DNA from: Octopus vulgaris
Taxonomy: Eukaryota
Length of the DNA: 64,000 nt
NCBI GenBank assembly: GCA_951406725.2
Contig: OX597814.1
Span: 106,144,001-106,208,000 of the forward strand
Reading direction: 5' to 3'
Every line of letters starts with the position of its first letter. The first letter of the stretch is position 1. The position numbers and the translations under genes are program-made. The notes under the pieces are model-generated. The model was given only the letters and a program-made list of their open reading frames with translations. It was not told the DNA's origin and made no database searches. Below are positions 40,441 through 53,893 of this stretch, piece after piece.

Positions 40441-41698
40441 GGAGAAGAAGATGGTGAGAAGGAGGAGAAGGAGGAGGTGGTGGTAGCGAAAATTATAACG
40501 ACGAAGAAACTTTAGTCGCGAACACAACGGCCTAGAATCTCACGTATGTTGTTTTGGAGAGTTGCTATATTCTTTCTGTGACGACATAAAATATTATTCC
40601 ACCCAGTTTAAAACCTTTCCTTAATCTGAAACATATTGGATTTAAGCAGACTTATTTAAGTAAACATATTGGATTTAAGCAAACTTAGCCATATATCCCA
40701 TGTGGTAAAACATATGTTTAGGATGTGTGCGCGCGCAAATCTGTGTTTGCATGTAAAAACGAAACACATGAGAAAAAGAGAATTGTACACAGCATTTTTT
40801 TATTGGTCAGAAGAATTCGTTCCGGGATTTTCCGATCTTCGCCAGCTATTTTAGGCTGGAGGACTTAATTTAGCTTGTCTTAATTCCTTTGGGTCAAAGA
40901 CCATATGAAACGAGTGGATGGAAGGAAAGAACTTCACCAAAGAAAACTCAGGGGTTCGCTGGTGCAATGGTAGTTTGGTGAAGATTTTTTGGCAACTGGA
41001 AAACAAAAGATATATGAAGTAAGATAAATGTGAAAATGAGGCTCAGGTCGAGGACGAAAAAATCATAGTTGAGCTGAGATATTAAAAGCTTGATTTTTAT
41101 CTTTAGCTCTTAGGAAACTTCATCGTTTGCTGGCGAGTGGTTAGTAAACGAAATCCATATTCTTACTCTCTGTGGTGTAATATCTAAACTCACGCACACA
41201 AATTGTATCTTCCTTTTTCATTATTTTTTTCTCTTTCGATAATATATGAGCTGGTAAACTCATCTTCCGCAGCTAATTAGAACACATAAAATGGCGACGT
41301 AACGGCAGAAACAGTAGAAGTGTCTGAGTAATTATATTGCAGTATTTTAGTCCAACAACATTTTATATTCTACGTACAGTATCCCCCAAAGTCGATATTT
41401 CTTTTTATCTTTCAGGCTGAATACCAGTTATGTACTGCGGTCAGATAACTCGGCTACACACTTACTGAAAGATGGGTTTATGATAAAATTTTGAAAAAGT
41501 AAAATATTAAACCAACCCCGAAAATAGTATTTCCTGATCCTAGTATAAAAAATATTTAACCATTGTTGGAATTGTACTCGGTACTCTAACACAAATTGTT
41601 CCAACAAGTTACCACAACCTCCATTGATGAGATATGTTGCCAAAGTACGATCTTAGGACTAGCTGGAACTGAGAATTCAGAATTAACAAGTTTATATG

Positions 41699-42200
41699 AA
41701 CAATTGCAGCGTGGAAAGTGTTTACAAGCCATTTAAGAACACACAAAAAGCGTTACATTCACTTCAACATTTACATTTAATTTGCCAAAATATTTTCTAT
41801 TTCTTTATTACCCACAAGGGGCTAAACACAGAGAGAACAAACAAGGACAGACAAACGGATTAAGTCGATTATATCGACCCCAGTGCGTAACTGCTACTTA
41901 TTTAATCAACCCCGAAAGGATGAAAGGCAAAGTCGAACTCGGCGGAATTTGAACTCAGAACGTAACGGCCGACGAAAAACCGCTTAGCATTTCGCCCGGC
42001 GTGCTAACGTTTCTGCCAGCTTGCCGCCCTATTTATCAAAATATTTTCGTCGCTTTGAAACCGCGACCTCTTCACTGACAAAATTCCGTGATGCACGGAA
42101 TTTTGTCAGTGAAGAGGTTGCGGTTTAAATGTTGAAGTAAATCTAACGGTTTTTGTGTGTTTTTGAATGGCTAATAAACTCCTTCCACACTGCAATTGTT
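41699..42200. mobile_element. Palindromic (fold-back) element, probably PLE-derived, interrupted by a SINE
   Basis: 41699-41773 is an imperfect inverted repeat of 42126-42200; near-perfect 33-bp central hairpin at 42058-42126. Confidence 0.7.
41798..42030 (-). mobile_element. Family A SINE with Tx1-like tail and an 18-bp TSD
   Basis: Full head, B box and central domain; tail ...tttagccccttgtgggtaataaagaaata; TSD atttgccaaaatattttc (41780-41797) / atttatcaaaatattttc (42031-42048). Confidence 0.92.
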
Positions 42201-43030
42201 TTTATTCAAGGATAAATCCCGAGTTCAGCGTTTTCTTGCAGAGCAAAACAAGATCATAGATGATGTTTACATTCCTTCTGGATAGTTACGGGGAATTTGG
42301 CAGGGTCCATTGTCTGACTGAGTTTAATTTTAAATATTGCTGCAATGACAATTTCAGTGCTGAAAGTTATGGCGGAGGGGATATGTCGAAGAATTACTTC
42401 GTTATAACCGAAACTCTTCAAAATAAGGAATCATTTGGTGGAGAGACACGATAGTTAAGGCAGAAGTTCTTTGATCGTTGGTCTGCTGGTCTTGCTGACC
42501 TGGAGCTAAGTCATCTTTGACCTCAGGATTCCTGGATCAAATCTGACCTGGGGCTAAATTACAAGGTGCTCGCAAAGCTGTATTTGTAAAACTATAAGAT
42601 GCAAAGAAAGTCATTGCTTCGTCCTTGATTTGTGCAATTAAACGCTGTAAATTAATTAGTGTTTTTGAACTTATCTAAACTCGCTACTATTTTTTAGAGA
42701 TTAGTCAAGAAGGGTGGGAATTAGACCGGGTGCGTCTGAGGCGGTTGATATTTATTCTGAATGTTTTTAGTTCAGTGTTTGTAAGACAAGAAACGAATGA
42801 ACAAGGGCGGTGGGATCGAAAGTATTGCATCAAGGGGAAGAAGGACTAGGTGCAGCATTTAGTGTACAGAGACATTGTGAAGGTGACGTGTAAGTTAGGA
42901 GTGCCGAGGAGGAGGGGCGTTTATGCCACCGCAAGCAGCACAGAAAAGCGGAGGTCGTTGAAATAGCAATGCTTTTACCTTGGCGAGAGAGGATTGGTAA
43001 AGTATTGACTGTTGTATTACTGATAGAAGA

Positions 43031-43320
43031 GTGAAGGCGCTTGGCTTAGTGGTTAGGGCCATTCGAATCACGATTAAGGTCGTGAGTTCAATTCCCGGCG
43101 ACGCGTTGTGTCCTTGAGCAAGACACTTTATTACACGTTGTTACAGTCCACACAGCTGGCAAAAATGAGTTGTACCTGTATTTCAAAGAGCTGAATCTCC
43201 CCGAGAACTACGTTTAGGGGTACATGTGTTTGTGGAGTGCTCAGCCACTTGCACGAGGAAGCTACTCCATTAATCATATCAGCTGGGACCCTTGTCGTCG
43301 TAACCGACGGATTGTGCTCC
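43031..43320 (+). mobile_element. tRNA-derived CORE-like SINE, family C
   Basis: A box tggcttagtgg, B box gagttcaattcc, CORE-like gtgtccttgagcaagacacttta; distinct from families A and B. Confidence 0.8.
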
Positions 43321-43987
43321 TAGTGATAGACGAAGATAAAGAGAGAGAAAGCTCATCTATAGAACGTGCGCTGGTTCCTCTCCTTGCATCTATATTAGTG
43401 TGTCTAAATGTAACGGAATATCAAAAAAGAAATATAAAGACAGAAATAGAAAATGGAGGCAACAACAAGGAACGCGTCCCAGTAATACTTCTATATTATA
43501 TCCGTGTCACAGTTTTGGAGTGGTTTAAATGATTGAAACGAGAATCAATACATTTAAATAATTTGTTTTCAATACCAACAGCTTCAAATTAAAGTTTTAG
43601 TAAATGTCTCCATGTGGATGTGTTTTGTGTGAAAAAGAACAGCCACATGTTGCATGGGATCATTAAATGTAGGTTTGTGTAAAATCAAGACAGATACGAT
43701 ATGGAGAGGCACCAGTTGGGAATAATTGAAATACATGCAGTGAAAGACTAAAATATATGAGTCTTTTTTTTAGGTGATCGGTTTTAAGCAAAAGAAAATT
43801 AGAAAGAAAAAAAAAGATTTGCCATTGGTTTGGTTGCATTTGTGTTGTTGGTGTTGTTGTTGTCGTCGTCTTCGAATGTTGCATTCTTACGCAACAAAAC
43901 CTTCAGTAACTGATTGTTAATCATAAAACAAAATATTTCAAGTATGGGGATTTTATCCGGCTTGTTGAGGTCAGTGGGAATATATTT

Positions 43988-44182
43988 GACAAACAAGGAC
44001 AGACAAAACGGATTAAGTCAATCACATCGACCCCAGTGCTCAACTGGTACTTATTTTATCGATCCCGAAAGCATGAAAGGCAAAATCGACCTCGGCGGAA
44101 TTTGAACTCTGAACATCGCGATGGACGAATTACCACTAAGCATTTGACCGGTGTGCTAACTATTCTGCCAGTTCACTGCTTT
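43988..44182 (-). mobile_element. Family A SINE (Tx1-tail subfamily, tail truncated)
   Basis: acaaacaaggacagacaaaacggattaagtc...gacctcggcggaatttgaactc. Confidence 0.85.
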
Positions 44183-44204
44183 AACTTGCGTTAATATAAC
44201 GAAG

Positions 44205-44353
44205 TATTTCTTTATTACCCACAAGGGGCTAAACATAGATTGGACAATACACACATGTGGGGGACAATCAACGTATGAAAGAATGGAATAGTGAAATTAT
44301 ACAATGAAGATGGAACGCCCCCCCCCCTCAAGACCCACTCCGGGTGATTATTA
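44205..44353 (-). mobile_element. 5'-truncated retroelement 3' end with the same terminus as the Tx1-tail SINE; 16-bp TSD
   Basis: Ends ctatgtttagccccttgtgggtaataaagaaata but the upstream sequence is non-SINE; TSD cgttaatataacgaag (44189-44204) / cgtaaatataacgaag (44354-44369). Confidence 0.75.
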
Positions 44354-46665
44354 CGTAAATATAACGAAGGTTTAAGCTGTACAAACGCATTGGTTGTTTA
44401 AATAAGGGGCTGGAGGCAAAGAATAATTGCATAGAAAGATGGCGGACTACTTTGTATGGGTGTCATTTGGGCTTGTGGATTTGAAGAGCAATATACCGCA
44501 AAGGATCATGAACTGAAAACAAAAGCAGGAGATCGAATGAATAATTTAACCGGAAAAACTGTAAGAATATAATTGTTACAACTGTTATGTCTCTGACGAA
44601 AATGTGTAAGATATTCTTGGTAAACGTAAAATTGAGGCGGACGTGTAGAAAACAGATCATACATACATACATACATACATACATACATGCATACATACAT
44701 ACATACATACATACATACATACATACATACATACATACATACATACATACATACATACATACATACATACATCACAGCTGCGTCCTCGTTACACGAGAAA
44801 AGCCATTTCCAAGAAGACTTACTGAAATGATTCATGATTGTAGCCATGTGATGCCCTTATAAGACTTTTAAGCCCGGACAAGCTTTACGCTGTTGCGATC
44901 GGCATATTCACGTTCGAATCCACCAGAAGGTATTAAGAACGGGTAGTTTTATTAGTTTTATTTGAAGAGTGAGCTTTAGTGTTCACACAAAATGTCTTCC
45001 AGAAAAATGCGAAAATATCGAGGCGTCAGCACTTAGCGTTAGCCACCGCACCCTACGAATGAGATTTTGACTATCGCGTAATTTTGGATGTTGCTATTCA
45101 GGTTTTAGAATAAATTGTTCACATTAAATGTTACAAAAATAACCATAATTATGAAATTAGTTCCTGAAACATAAGTTTATACCGATAAGATACTCTTATG
45201 TGTTCGTGACTTTCGGAAGGTCATCAAAGATACGGCTGAAACAGAATGCCTGCAGCTGGAAACCATAACATGGTTGTAGTTTCATCTGAAGTGCATTTAG
45301 TATGCTCAGGGCCCCACCATGAAGGAACTAAGGTAATGCTGAAGGGAATATCTACTGAATTAGAAACGATATTAAAAAAATGTGGAATGTAAATAGTCAA
45401 AGCAGCAGATATTGGTTTTCTACTAAAACACTCCCAAATATAAGTAATTTAATAATTCCTTGCGTCGGCTTTATGCTACAGATTTATACAAAATGAAAAA
45501 GAGAAACTTTAGACAATTAATCTGTCTCCCAAGAGTCTTAGTGGCATACTAAATCGGCTTTAAACGAGAATTGAAACCGGGTCACCGACACGGTTTACCA
45601 ACAAATTACTGCAGCCTCGATATACATAGGTAACCTAATAAACTTTTGTATGTTATTTTTTGTAATTATGTTATTCATGGTATGTTTAAGGTCTTGTTGC
45701 GACTAGGATCCAGTTTTTGTTGGTTTAAAGTTGTTTCGAGCCAGCGACATTAGCAAAGGATCGGTGACACACCACCCTCTTCCCTTTCGACATGAATAGA
45801 ACAGAAAACAATACTGTTATTCAGGACATTACTTATTTAAGTTTGAGAAAATGTGTTTACTCAATCGATATGTATTTAAATCAACTAAAGCCACTTATTA
45901 CCTGATATTTACGCTTTAAAGTGAAACATAAAACCTGGAGATGTAGTTTCGTTTGTAAGCTGTAAACTGCATATACTCAGTAATCCATTCTAAACGAACT
46001 GAGGCGGCAGACGATTCAAAGAAGTGAAATGAAGATATTTCCCTTGGTTCAGGATACGGTATCAACATGGTTACCCATTATTATTATTCCATAAATCTAC
46101 ATTACGTCTTTATCTGCTGCAATTATTTCCTTTACATTTATAGCATTCACTATTCCCACAAGAGACGTTTTGCTTCTTCTTGTTAATTTTTGGCAAGCTT
46201 TTGCTATAACAACACGAATCTTTGATATATTACCAGTGTTTAGGTAAATGGCAACCGACTGACTATATTAGTGAGCTGTAAGCAGTTCTAGGAAATGGAA
46301 AATAGGAAGCGAAGCAACAATTAAAAGCAATAAAATAAGAAAGAAAAACGTGTCAGATTAATAATTGCGACTATAAGAAGAAATAGTGGAAGGGAAGAAG
46401 AAAAAAATGAAAGAGACACCAGAAATAACGAAAGCTGAGATGTGGAGGAAAAGAAGAAGAAGAAGAAGAAGAAGAAGAAGAAGAAGAAGAAGAAGAAGAA
46501 GAAGAAGAAGAAGAAGAAGAAGGAAGGGAAATATTTATAGTCGAGAAGAAAAAAAATACTGTTTTAAAAGCTGCAGAATGAATTATAAATTTTTGTACAT
46601 TTTACATTTTTTTTCGAGATCCCTTTTTTTTTCACCTTTTCTTAGCATTTTCTCTCCCTGCTTCA

Positions 46666-46712
<47 letters not shown>

Positions 46713-47491
46713 TCTCTCTGCACACTTTTCTTACCATATCTGCTGTTTTTCTTCGTCGTGTTTCTTTTTTTTTTACTTTATCGCCATAGTAACGTTATTT
46801 GAACCTCAACCCTGGGGAAAATAACACATTCTGACAAGGATTGGGTTTAAATAATAATAACTGAAGACGTGAAAGATTACAATCAATCATTTTGTTTTAT
46901 TTATACATTTTGACACACCTCCATTTAATGACAGTTAGTGATTAGGGCCGCTTGTAGCAAAGAACATGATGTAGAGTTTCTTATGCTTGTTTTGTTTTTT
47001 CTCTTGTTTTCTCAGAACATTGTTGAATCTGAAGAATTTCAATGTTACACTTTTACTTTTCTCCGTTCATTTTTTTTTTGTTCTCCCGACTTTTCTTCCC
47101 ATGGGAGATAATTCTAGTTAACTCGGTAAAGAGAATAAAGGTTAGAACATAAAAATATACCGGATATATTTAAAGAATCCTTTATCCTTGAATTATTGGT
47201 GCTTCTTTTAAGAAAAGCTTGCCTGTGAGGCTGATTAATTTCCATAGAATATATGCAGCTTGATAAAGAATCTATCCCGGTGTAAGACATTAAGGAGAAG
47301 AGATGAATTTTGTAAATTAGACAATGGACACGAATCACAGTCTTATAAATTTCCGAGAAAGGATTCTGTTGTGAAGAAGCAAGACAATTATGTTATTCCT
47401 AGTAGTTACTTGTATTTCCTGTAAAACACATACTAACCCCTAATACTATAAGGGTCTTAGAATTTATTACCATACAGTTGCGTCACATCAG

Positions 47492-47654
47492 ATTGCAGGC
47501 TTGGTTGTGTGGTAAGAGGTTTGCTTCCTAACCACATGGTTCCGGGTTCAGTCCCATTGCGTGGCAACTTAGGCAAGTGTCTTCTACGATAGCTTCGAGC
47601 CGACCAAAGCCTTGTGAGTGGCTTTGGTAGACAGAAACTAAAAGAAGCCCGACG

Positions 47655-47721
<67 letters not shown>

Positions 47722-48080
47722 GTGTGTGTGTGCGTGTTTGTGTGTCGGTGTTTGTCCCCCCACCATAGCTTGACAACCGATGTTAGTGTGTTTACGTACC
47801 AGTAACTTAGCGGTTCTACGAAAGAGACTGATAGAATAAGTACAAGGCTTACAAAGAAGAAGTCCCGGGGTCGATGTGTTCTATTAAAGGCGTTGCTCCA
47901 GCATGGCCGCAGTCAAATGACTGAAACAAATAAAAGAATTCAATTCGCTTGCCGGATTCCTGCCAATGAAATCTGTCAAACCATCCACAAATTTGAAGGC
48001 ACATGGCAAGTGCCTTCTGCTATAGCATCGAGCCCACCAAAGCTTTGTGAGTGGATTTAGTAGACTGAAATAAGCCCATC

Positions 48081-48131
<51 letters not shown>

Positions 48132-48369
48132 CGTGTGTGTTTGTGTGTGTGTGTTTGTGTGTGTGTGTGTTTGTCCCCCCACCATCTCATGACAACCGAT
48201 GTTGGTGTGTTTACGTCCCCGTAACTTAGCGGTTCGACAAAAGACACCGATAGATAGAATAAGTACTAGGCTTACAAAGACTAAGTTCTGCGGTCGATTT
48301 GGTCGACTAAAGGCGGTGCTCCAGCATGGCCGCAGTCAAATGACTGAAACAAATAAATGAATAAAAGAA
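47492..48369 (+). mobile_element. Two tandem family B SINEs (47492-47938 and about 47995-48369, the second 5' truncated)
   Basis: Both contain the CORE-like segment, internal (TA)n(TG)n and the right arm ending atgactgaaacaaataaa. Confidence 0.9.
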
Positions 48370-48692
48370 TATGTGTAAGTTTGTGTAGGTGTGTGTGTGA
48401 TTATATTAATTATGGATGGTAAAACAAATGGATACACCTGTCAAGGTTATCATTTGAGGTGTGACATCGATCATATTTTGTTACTGAAACAACACACATA
48501 CAAACATTCACATACTTCCCTTCTACACGCACGCACACATACACACATATACTCACGCAGAGTTGAAACGATGTGTGATCTTTTTTTACCGTAGGATTTG
48601 CCATCAACCCTTCCTTCCTTATTCATCTATCACCCCTTCCTTTCTCATTCATATGTTGTGACGGAGAAACACACAAGAGTATCATTATAGTA

Positions 48693-49266
<574 letters not shown>

Positions 49267-49354
49267 AATCATCAAGTTGGTTATTCGCAATTTACAACCG
49301 AAAGGCAACGATTATAGTCGTTATGTATGTGTGTGTATATATATATATATATAT

Positions 49355-49392
<38 letters not shown>

Positions 49393-49517
49393 AACAGGGG
49401 ACAACTGATTGTTCTTTATGTTGCCTGTCTCGTGTTTCTATTTGTTTCTTTCGTTGTGCAAAAAATCTCGTTTTCCATACATATACATGTAGGTACGTAC
49501 ATATATGTATGTATACA

Positions 49518-49557
<40 letters not shown>

Positions 49558-49855
49558 AAGCAAAAAGCAGAAAATGGTTTGAAAACTTTATTACCATGGA
49601 TTATAGGAAGAGATCGTTTACATTTTCATCAATAACAAAGTAAATACATTCTTCCATCCATGACAAACCTGTCAAAGCGCTTTCTTCATTTTTCTTTTTC
49701 ATATAAATTTACTCGTGTGGAACCTCTTAATCTTTTCAAGACATACACACATACATAAACACTTCTATACTCAGTGTTATATACTGTGACACAAGCGAAA
49801 CATATTACATACGCATATGCTGCATTCATACAAATACATTCAAATACAATATATT

Positions 49856-50243
49856 GATTTCAGATTCTGACACAAGGCCTGCAATTTTAAGGGAGGGAGT
49901 AAATCGCTTTCATCAACCCCACTGCTATTTTTTTTCTAACCCCGAAAGAATGAAAGGCAAAGTCGACCACGGCTGAGTTTGAACTCACAACGTAGAGATA
50001 GAGCAAATGCTGCTAAATATTTTTCCCGACCTGCTAACGGTTCTGCCAGTTCGTCGCCTTACACAAGGCCAGCAATTTCAGGGGAGGGTGTAAGTCAATT
50101 ACAGCAATCCCAGTGTTCACCGCCTTAAAAGGATGAAAGGCAAAGTCAACCTCGGCTGAATTCGAACTCAGAATGTAAGGATGGACGAAATGTTGCTGAG
50201 CATTTTGTCCGGCGTGCTAATGATTCTGCCAGCTCGTCGCCTT
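49856..50243 (-). mobile_element. Family A SINE dimer flanked by a single 16-bp TSD
   Basis: Copies 49856-50060 and 50061-50243; tcaaatacaatatatt (49840-49855) / tcaaacacaatatatt (50246-50261). Confidence 0.85.
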
Positions 50244-51329
50244 ACTCAAACACAATATATTAATATAACCTATTCATGGGTCTACTTTATTAGCCAGGGT
50301 GAAGAATATCAGTATCAGGAGAGACAGGGAAACCTTTAAGTGGTCATTCCACATGCGAGAAATAGAAGGGAAGGAGAAAAGTTGTTGTTGAGAGAAAAAT
50401 ACAATGAGACAAAGTCTGAGTGAGAGAGAGAGAGAATGTGTGTGTGTGCGTGGCAGTGTGCGAGTGTGTGTGTGTGTGAGGAGAGAGAGAGAGAGGGATT
50501 GGCAAATAGCTTGTGTAATCACCCTAGCGACTCAAGTTTTCATTTGAATCGCAGGAATTTTATGGGTAAGTCTGTCAACACAACGCAACACAGACTTCAA
50601 AGAAGACTATATATATATATATATGATGCCTATAGCTTTTGGGGGGGTTGTGTGTGTGGGATGTTTTTATGTCTTTGAACATATAGATATTGCAACACAG
50701 ACTTTAGGAAAAGACTAACTTTGAACAATTTATGAAGGTACGTGCATGATTAAGATATACATTTGCTGGCAGCGTAGTGACGTATCTGGACGGCTGAACG
50801 TGCGCCAAAAAACGTAAACGAGGGCGTTCCTACATTCATATCTAGTAACAGTTATACCTTATACCTTTTCGTTATATTGTGTATTTGTTTTTGCATCTGA
50901 TATTTGTTATTGATTTTCTATGATAATGAAGCTGCTTTTGCATACAAAGATGGAGAAGAAATCTTGTGGGACAGACGCTATTTTAACGACGTACATATTT
51001 TAATCACTTGAGGAGATACATCTACTCAGACGCATACACCTAAACCAGATTTTCAGTATCCCACCCGTGAGGAATTGATGCTAGATTGGTTGAAACAATT
51101 GTAGTGATCAATAATCTTTTTTGTTTCTTCCATCTTCCGTTTCTCTCATTAATCAAATATATGTGTGTGTGTATGTATGTATGCATGTATGTATTTTAAT
51201 GTCGGAGTTATCCCAGTTACCTGAGTTACCTTCTCCTTGAAGGAGGCCCCAACAAAGGCTAGGTTTAACCGCGCGATCGGGTAATCAGTCCGATTATTTC
51301 TATGTCCCCGCGCATGATACAACCTTAAG

Positions 51330-52097
51330 ACATTTATTGGATGGCGGTTGACTATCAAGAGTTCCTCCGGTGTGAAAGTATAGAAGCTCTTGTGTTAATG
51401 CAAAGACTCAGATGGAGTGGTCATCTGGTCAGGATGAAGGATTCAAGGATGTCAAAACAACTCTTTTATGGAGAGTTAGCTTAAGGAGAACGACCTCCAC
51501 ATAAACCAAACAGAGGTATAAGGACTTGCTGAAAGCATCCTTAAGAGATGCTTGCATCTCTCCTGACACATGGGAAGGCATAGCTATTGATCGTAGCAGG
51601 TGGAGAAGGATTGTGCACGAGGGGACAGCTACTTTTGAGAAATCTTGAGTTGCACATGAGAAAATAAGGAGGGATGTCAGGAAGGGCGTCACTGTTACAC
51701 TTCCAGATGGGAAGGGTCTTCCTATGATGCTGACATGCAGTGTCAGAGCAAGACCCTGCCTCAGTAAAGCTGGACTCAAGAGTCATCTTCGTAGTCATAA
51801 AGCGAGACAGATGAGTGATAACCTGGCCACTGGTGGTGGTGTAACACGCCATACTAATAATATCTGTCGGGAATGTGGAAGAGAGTGTAATTCGGCAGGA
51901 GGACTTAAACGACATGCAAAGGTACATGAAGCCCAGTTGCAACTACAGCCGACTATTATCGGTAAAGGTTTTAGCTGCCAATTCTGTACAAGACATTGTA
52001 GATCTTTAGCTGGGCTAAAAAGTCACATTCGATCACAGCACCAATAACAGTTAAGCTTCGTGCAATGGCCATACTCGATAACGAGGGGGCAGCCATC
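51330..52097 (+). mobile_element. RTE-clade LINE 3' end with three C-terminal C2H2-type zinc fingers
   Basis: SIEALVLMQRLRWSGHLVRMKDSRMSKQLFYGELA*GERPPHKPKQRYKDLLKASL...WEGIAIDRSRWRRIV is an RTE post-RT signature; fingers at CSVRARPCLSKAGLKSHLRSH, CRECGRECNSAGGLKRHAKVH and CQFCTRHCRSLAGLKSHIRSQH; stop at 52047. Confidence 0.9.
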
Positions 52098-52105
52098 ATG
52101 TATTT

Positions 52106-52358
52106 TAATAATAATAGTATTTCTATATAAGCTTAAAGGTTATGGCGATCACCGTGCTATGACTAAGGAAAATAGTCTAATAAAGGGGCATATAAGCCCT
52201 CGAGAGGAAAAAAGAATGATTCCCTATCCCACGCAGGTACGAAAGCCTTCGTCTTTCTGTCGTTGGATTATATGCCCCCATTATTAGACTATTTTCCTTA
52301 GTCATAGCACGGTGATCGCCATAAGCTTTAAGTTTATATAAAAATACCATTATTATTA
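52106..52358. mobile_element. Long inverted repeat (~90-bp arms), MITE/fold-back-like
   Basis: 52106-52195 is nearly the reverse complement of 52268-52358 (e.g. ttatggcgatcaccgtgctatgactaaggaaaatagtctaataa). Confidence 0.8.
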
Positions 52359-52780
52359 TTTACAGGATTGTAAGATACGGCACCATATAAAAAAATATTC
52401 ATACCGAGAACATATATATATATATATTTACATATATATCACTTGGGATATTGCAGAAACAGTTGTAACACATCCAATAATTAACTAATTAACTAATTAA
52501 TTAATTACTTCAAATTCAGCTTACTCAAATTTAATATTCTAAATGACTTGAGATATACGTCCTACCTTGTTTCTGCTGGGTTTTTTTCCCTCTAATATAC
52601 ACCTGCTAACTCAGAGTCCTACTACGGATCCCCAGCTCAAGCAGCATCAGCTGTGAACTTGTAACCTAACGGATTGTCAATTATAGCACTTACACAGCGT
52701 ACTTATTCGTTTAGATCACCAGCGAACTAAACCTCTCATAGTCTTCATGTATATATATGCGTATAAATATATTAATATAA

Positions 52781-52813
<33 letters not shown>

Positions 52814-52820
52814 CATACAC

Positions 52821-52872
<52 letters not shown>

Positions 52873-52902
52873 GTACGCACATGCGTTTTTCTATATATAC
52901 AT

Positions 52903-53205
52903 AGGTGCAGGAGTGGTTGTGTAGTAAGAAGTCGGCGGGCGCTTTTCGTCTTCTCCCATCCTTATCAGCCTTGTATCATTATCATTCATCTTATTAATGA
53001 CCGTGTCCAGCCCGCAAGCTTCCCTGTGTGCTGCCCTTGTGGCAAATTTAATGAAATGAAATAAAGAAGTTTGCTTCCCAACCACACACTTCTGGCTTTA
53101 GTCCCAATGCGTGACATCTAAGGCAAGCGTCTTCTACTATAGCCTCCGGCCGACCAGTGTTCTGCGAGTTGATTTGGTAGCTGGAAACTAGAAAAATCCC
53201 GTCCT
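52903..53205 (+). mobile_element. Family B SINE left arm interrupted by a 131-bp retro-insert (52933-53063)
   Basis: The SINE head is split at gtaagaagt|ttgcttccc with aagaagt duplicated (52926-52932 / 53064-53070). Confidence 0.75.
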
Positions 53206-53853
53206 GTGTATATGTGTGTGTGTGTGTCAGAGTAAGTAGTTCTATGCAACTAAAAGTTTCGCGGACCTCTTGCAGAAACCTGTCAGTTATCCAAGCATGA
53301 AACAGAAGCCTGTATGAAACGAGTTTCTCTTAGAAGCCCGCAGAACTTTAAGTAGCATAGAACTGAGCCGGATCAAACTGTTTTGAATAATGTGTGTGTA
53401 TGTGTGTGTGCGTGTGCCTGTGTGTGTTTGTGTCTATACACACACACGCACACATACACACATACATACACGCGCGCACACACACACATATATACATACA
53501 GACAAACGCCATTCATCTCCACCCATTCTGTACAATTCCTTATTTACATATGAGATCGTGTTCTCTATTTTGTCATTATTTCCGTCTCGTAGAAATTAAG
53601 TTTTTTTTACAAGTTGATTATGTAAAAAAAAAAAAAATACTATGAATATGGACAAGCATACACAGATACTTTGAACAATATATGTATGAAGGTATACTTG
53701 AAACTTACACATACACACAGAGGCAAACATACATATATGTATGTGTGTCTGCATGTTTGCATAAATATGCGCATATATACAAAGATATATATGTATATAC
53801 GTATGTATATACACATATATATATATATATATACGTATATATATATATACGTA

Positions 53854-53893
<40 letters not shown>

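Noticed and set aside
51724-52047. Host C2H2 zinc-finger gene
   Set aside because: In frame with an upstream RTE ORF containing stops; no TGEKP linkers; followed by a LINE-like short 3' UTR.
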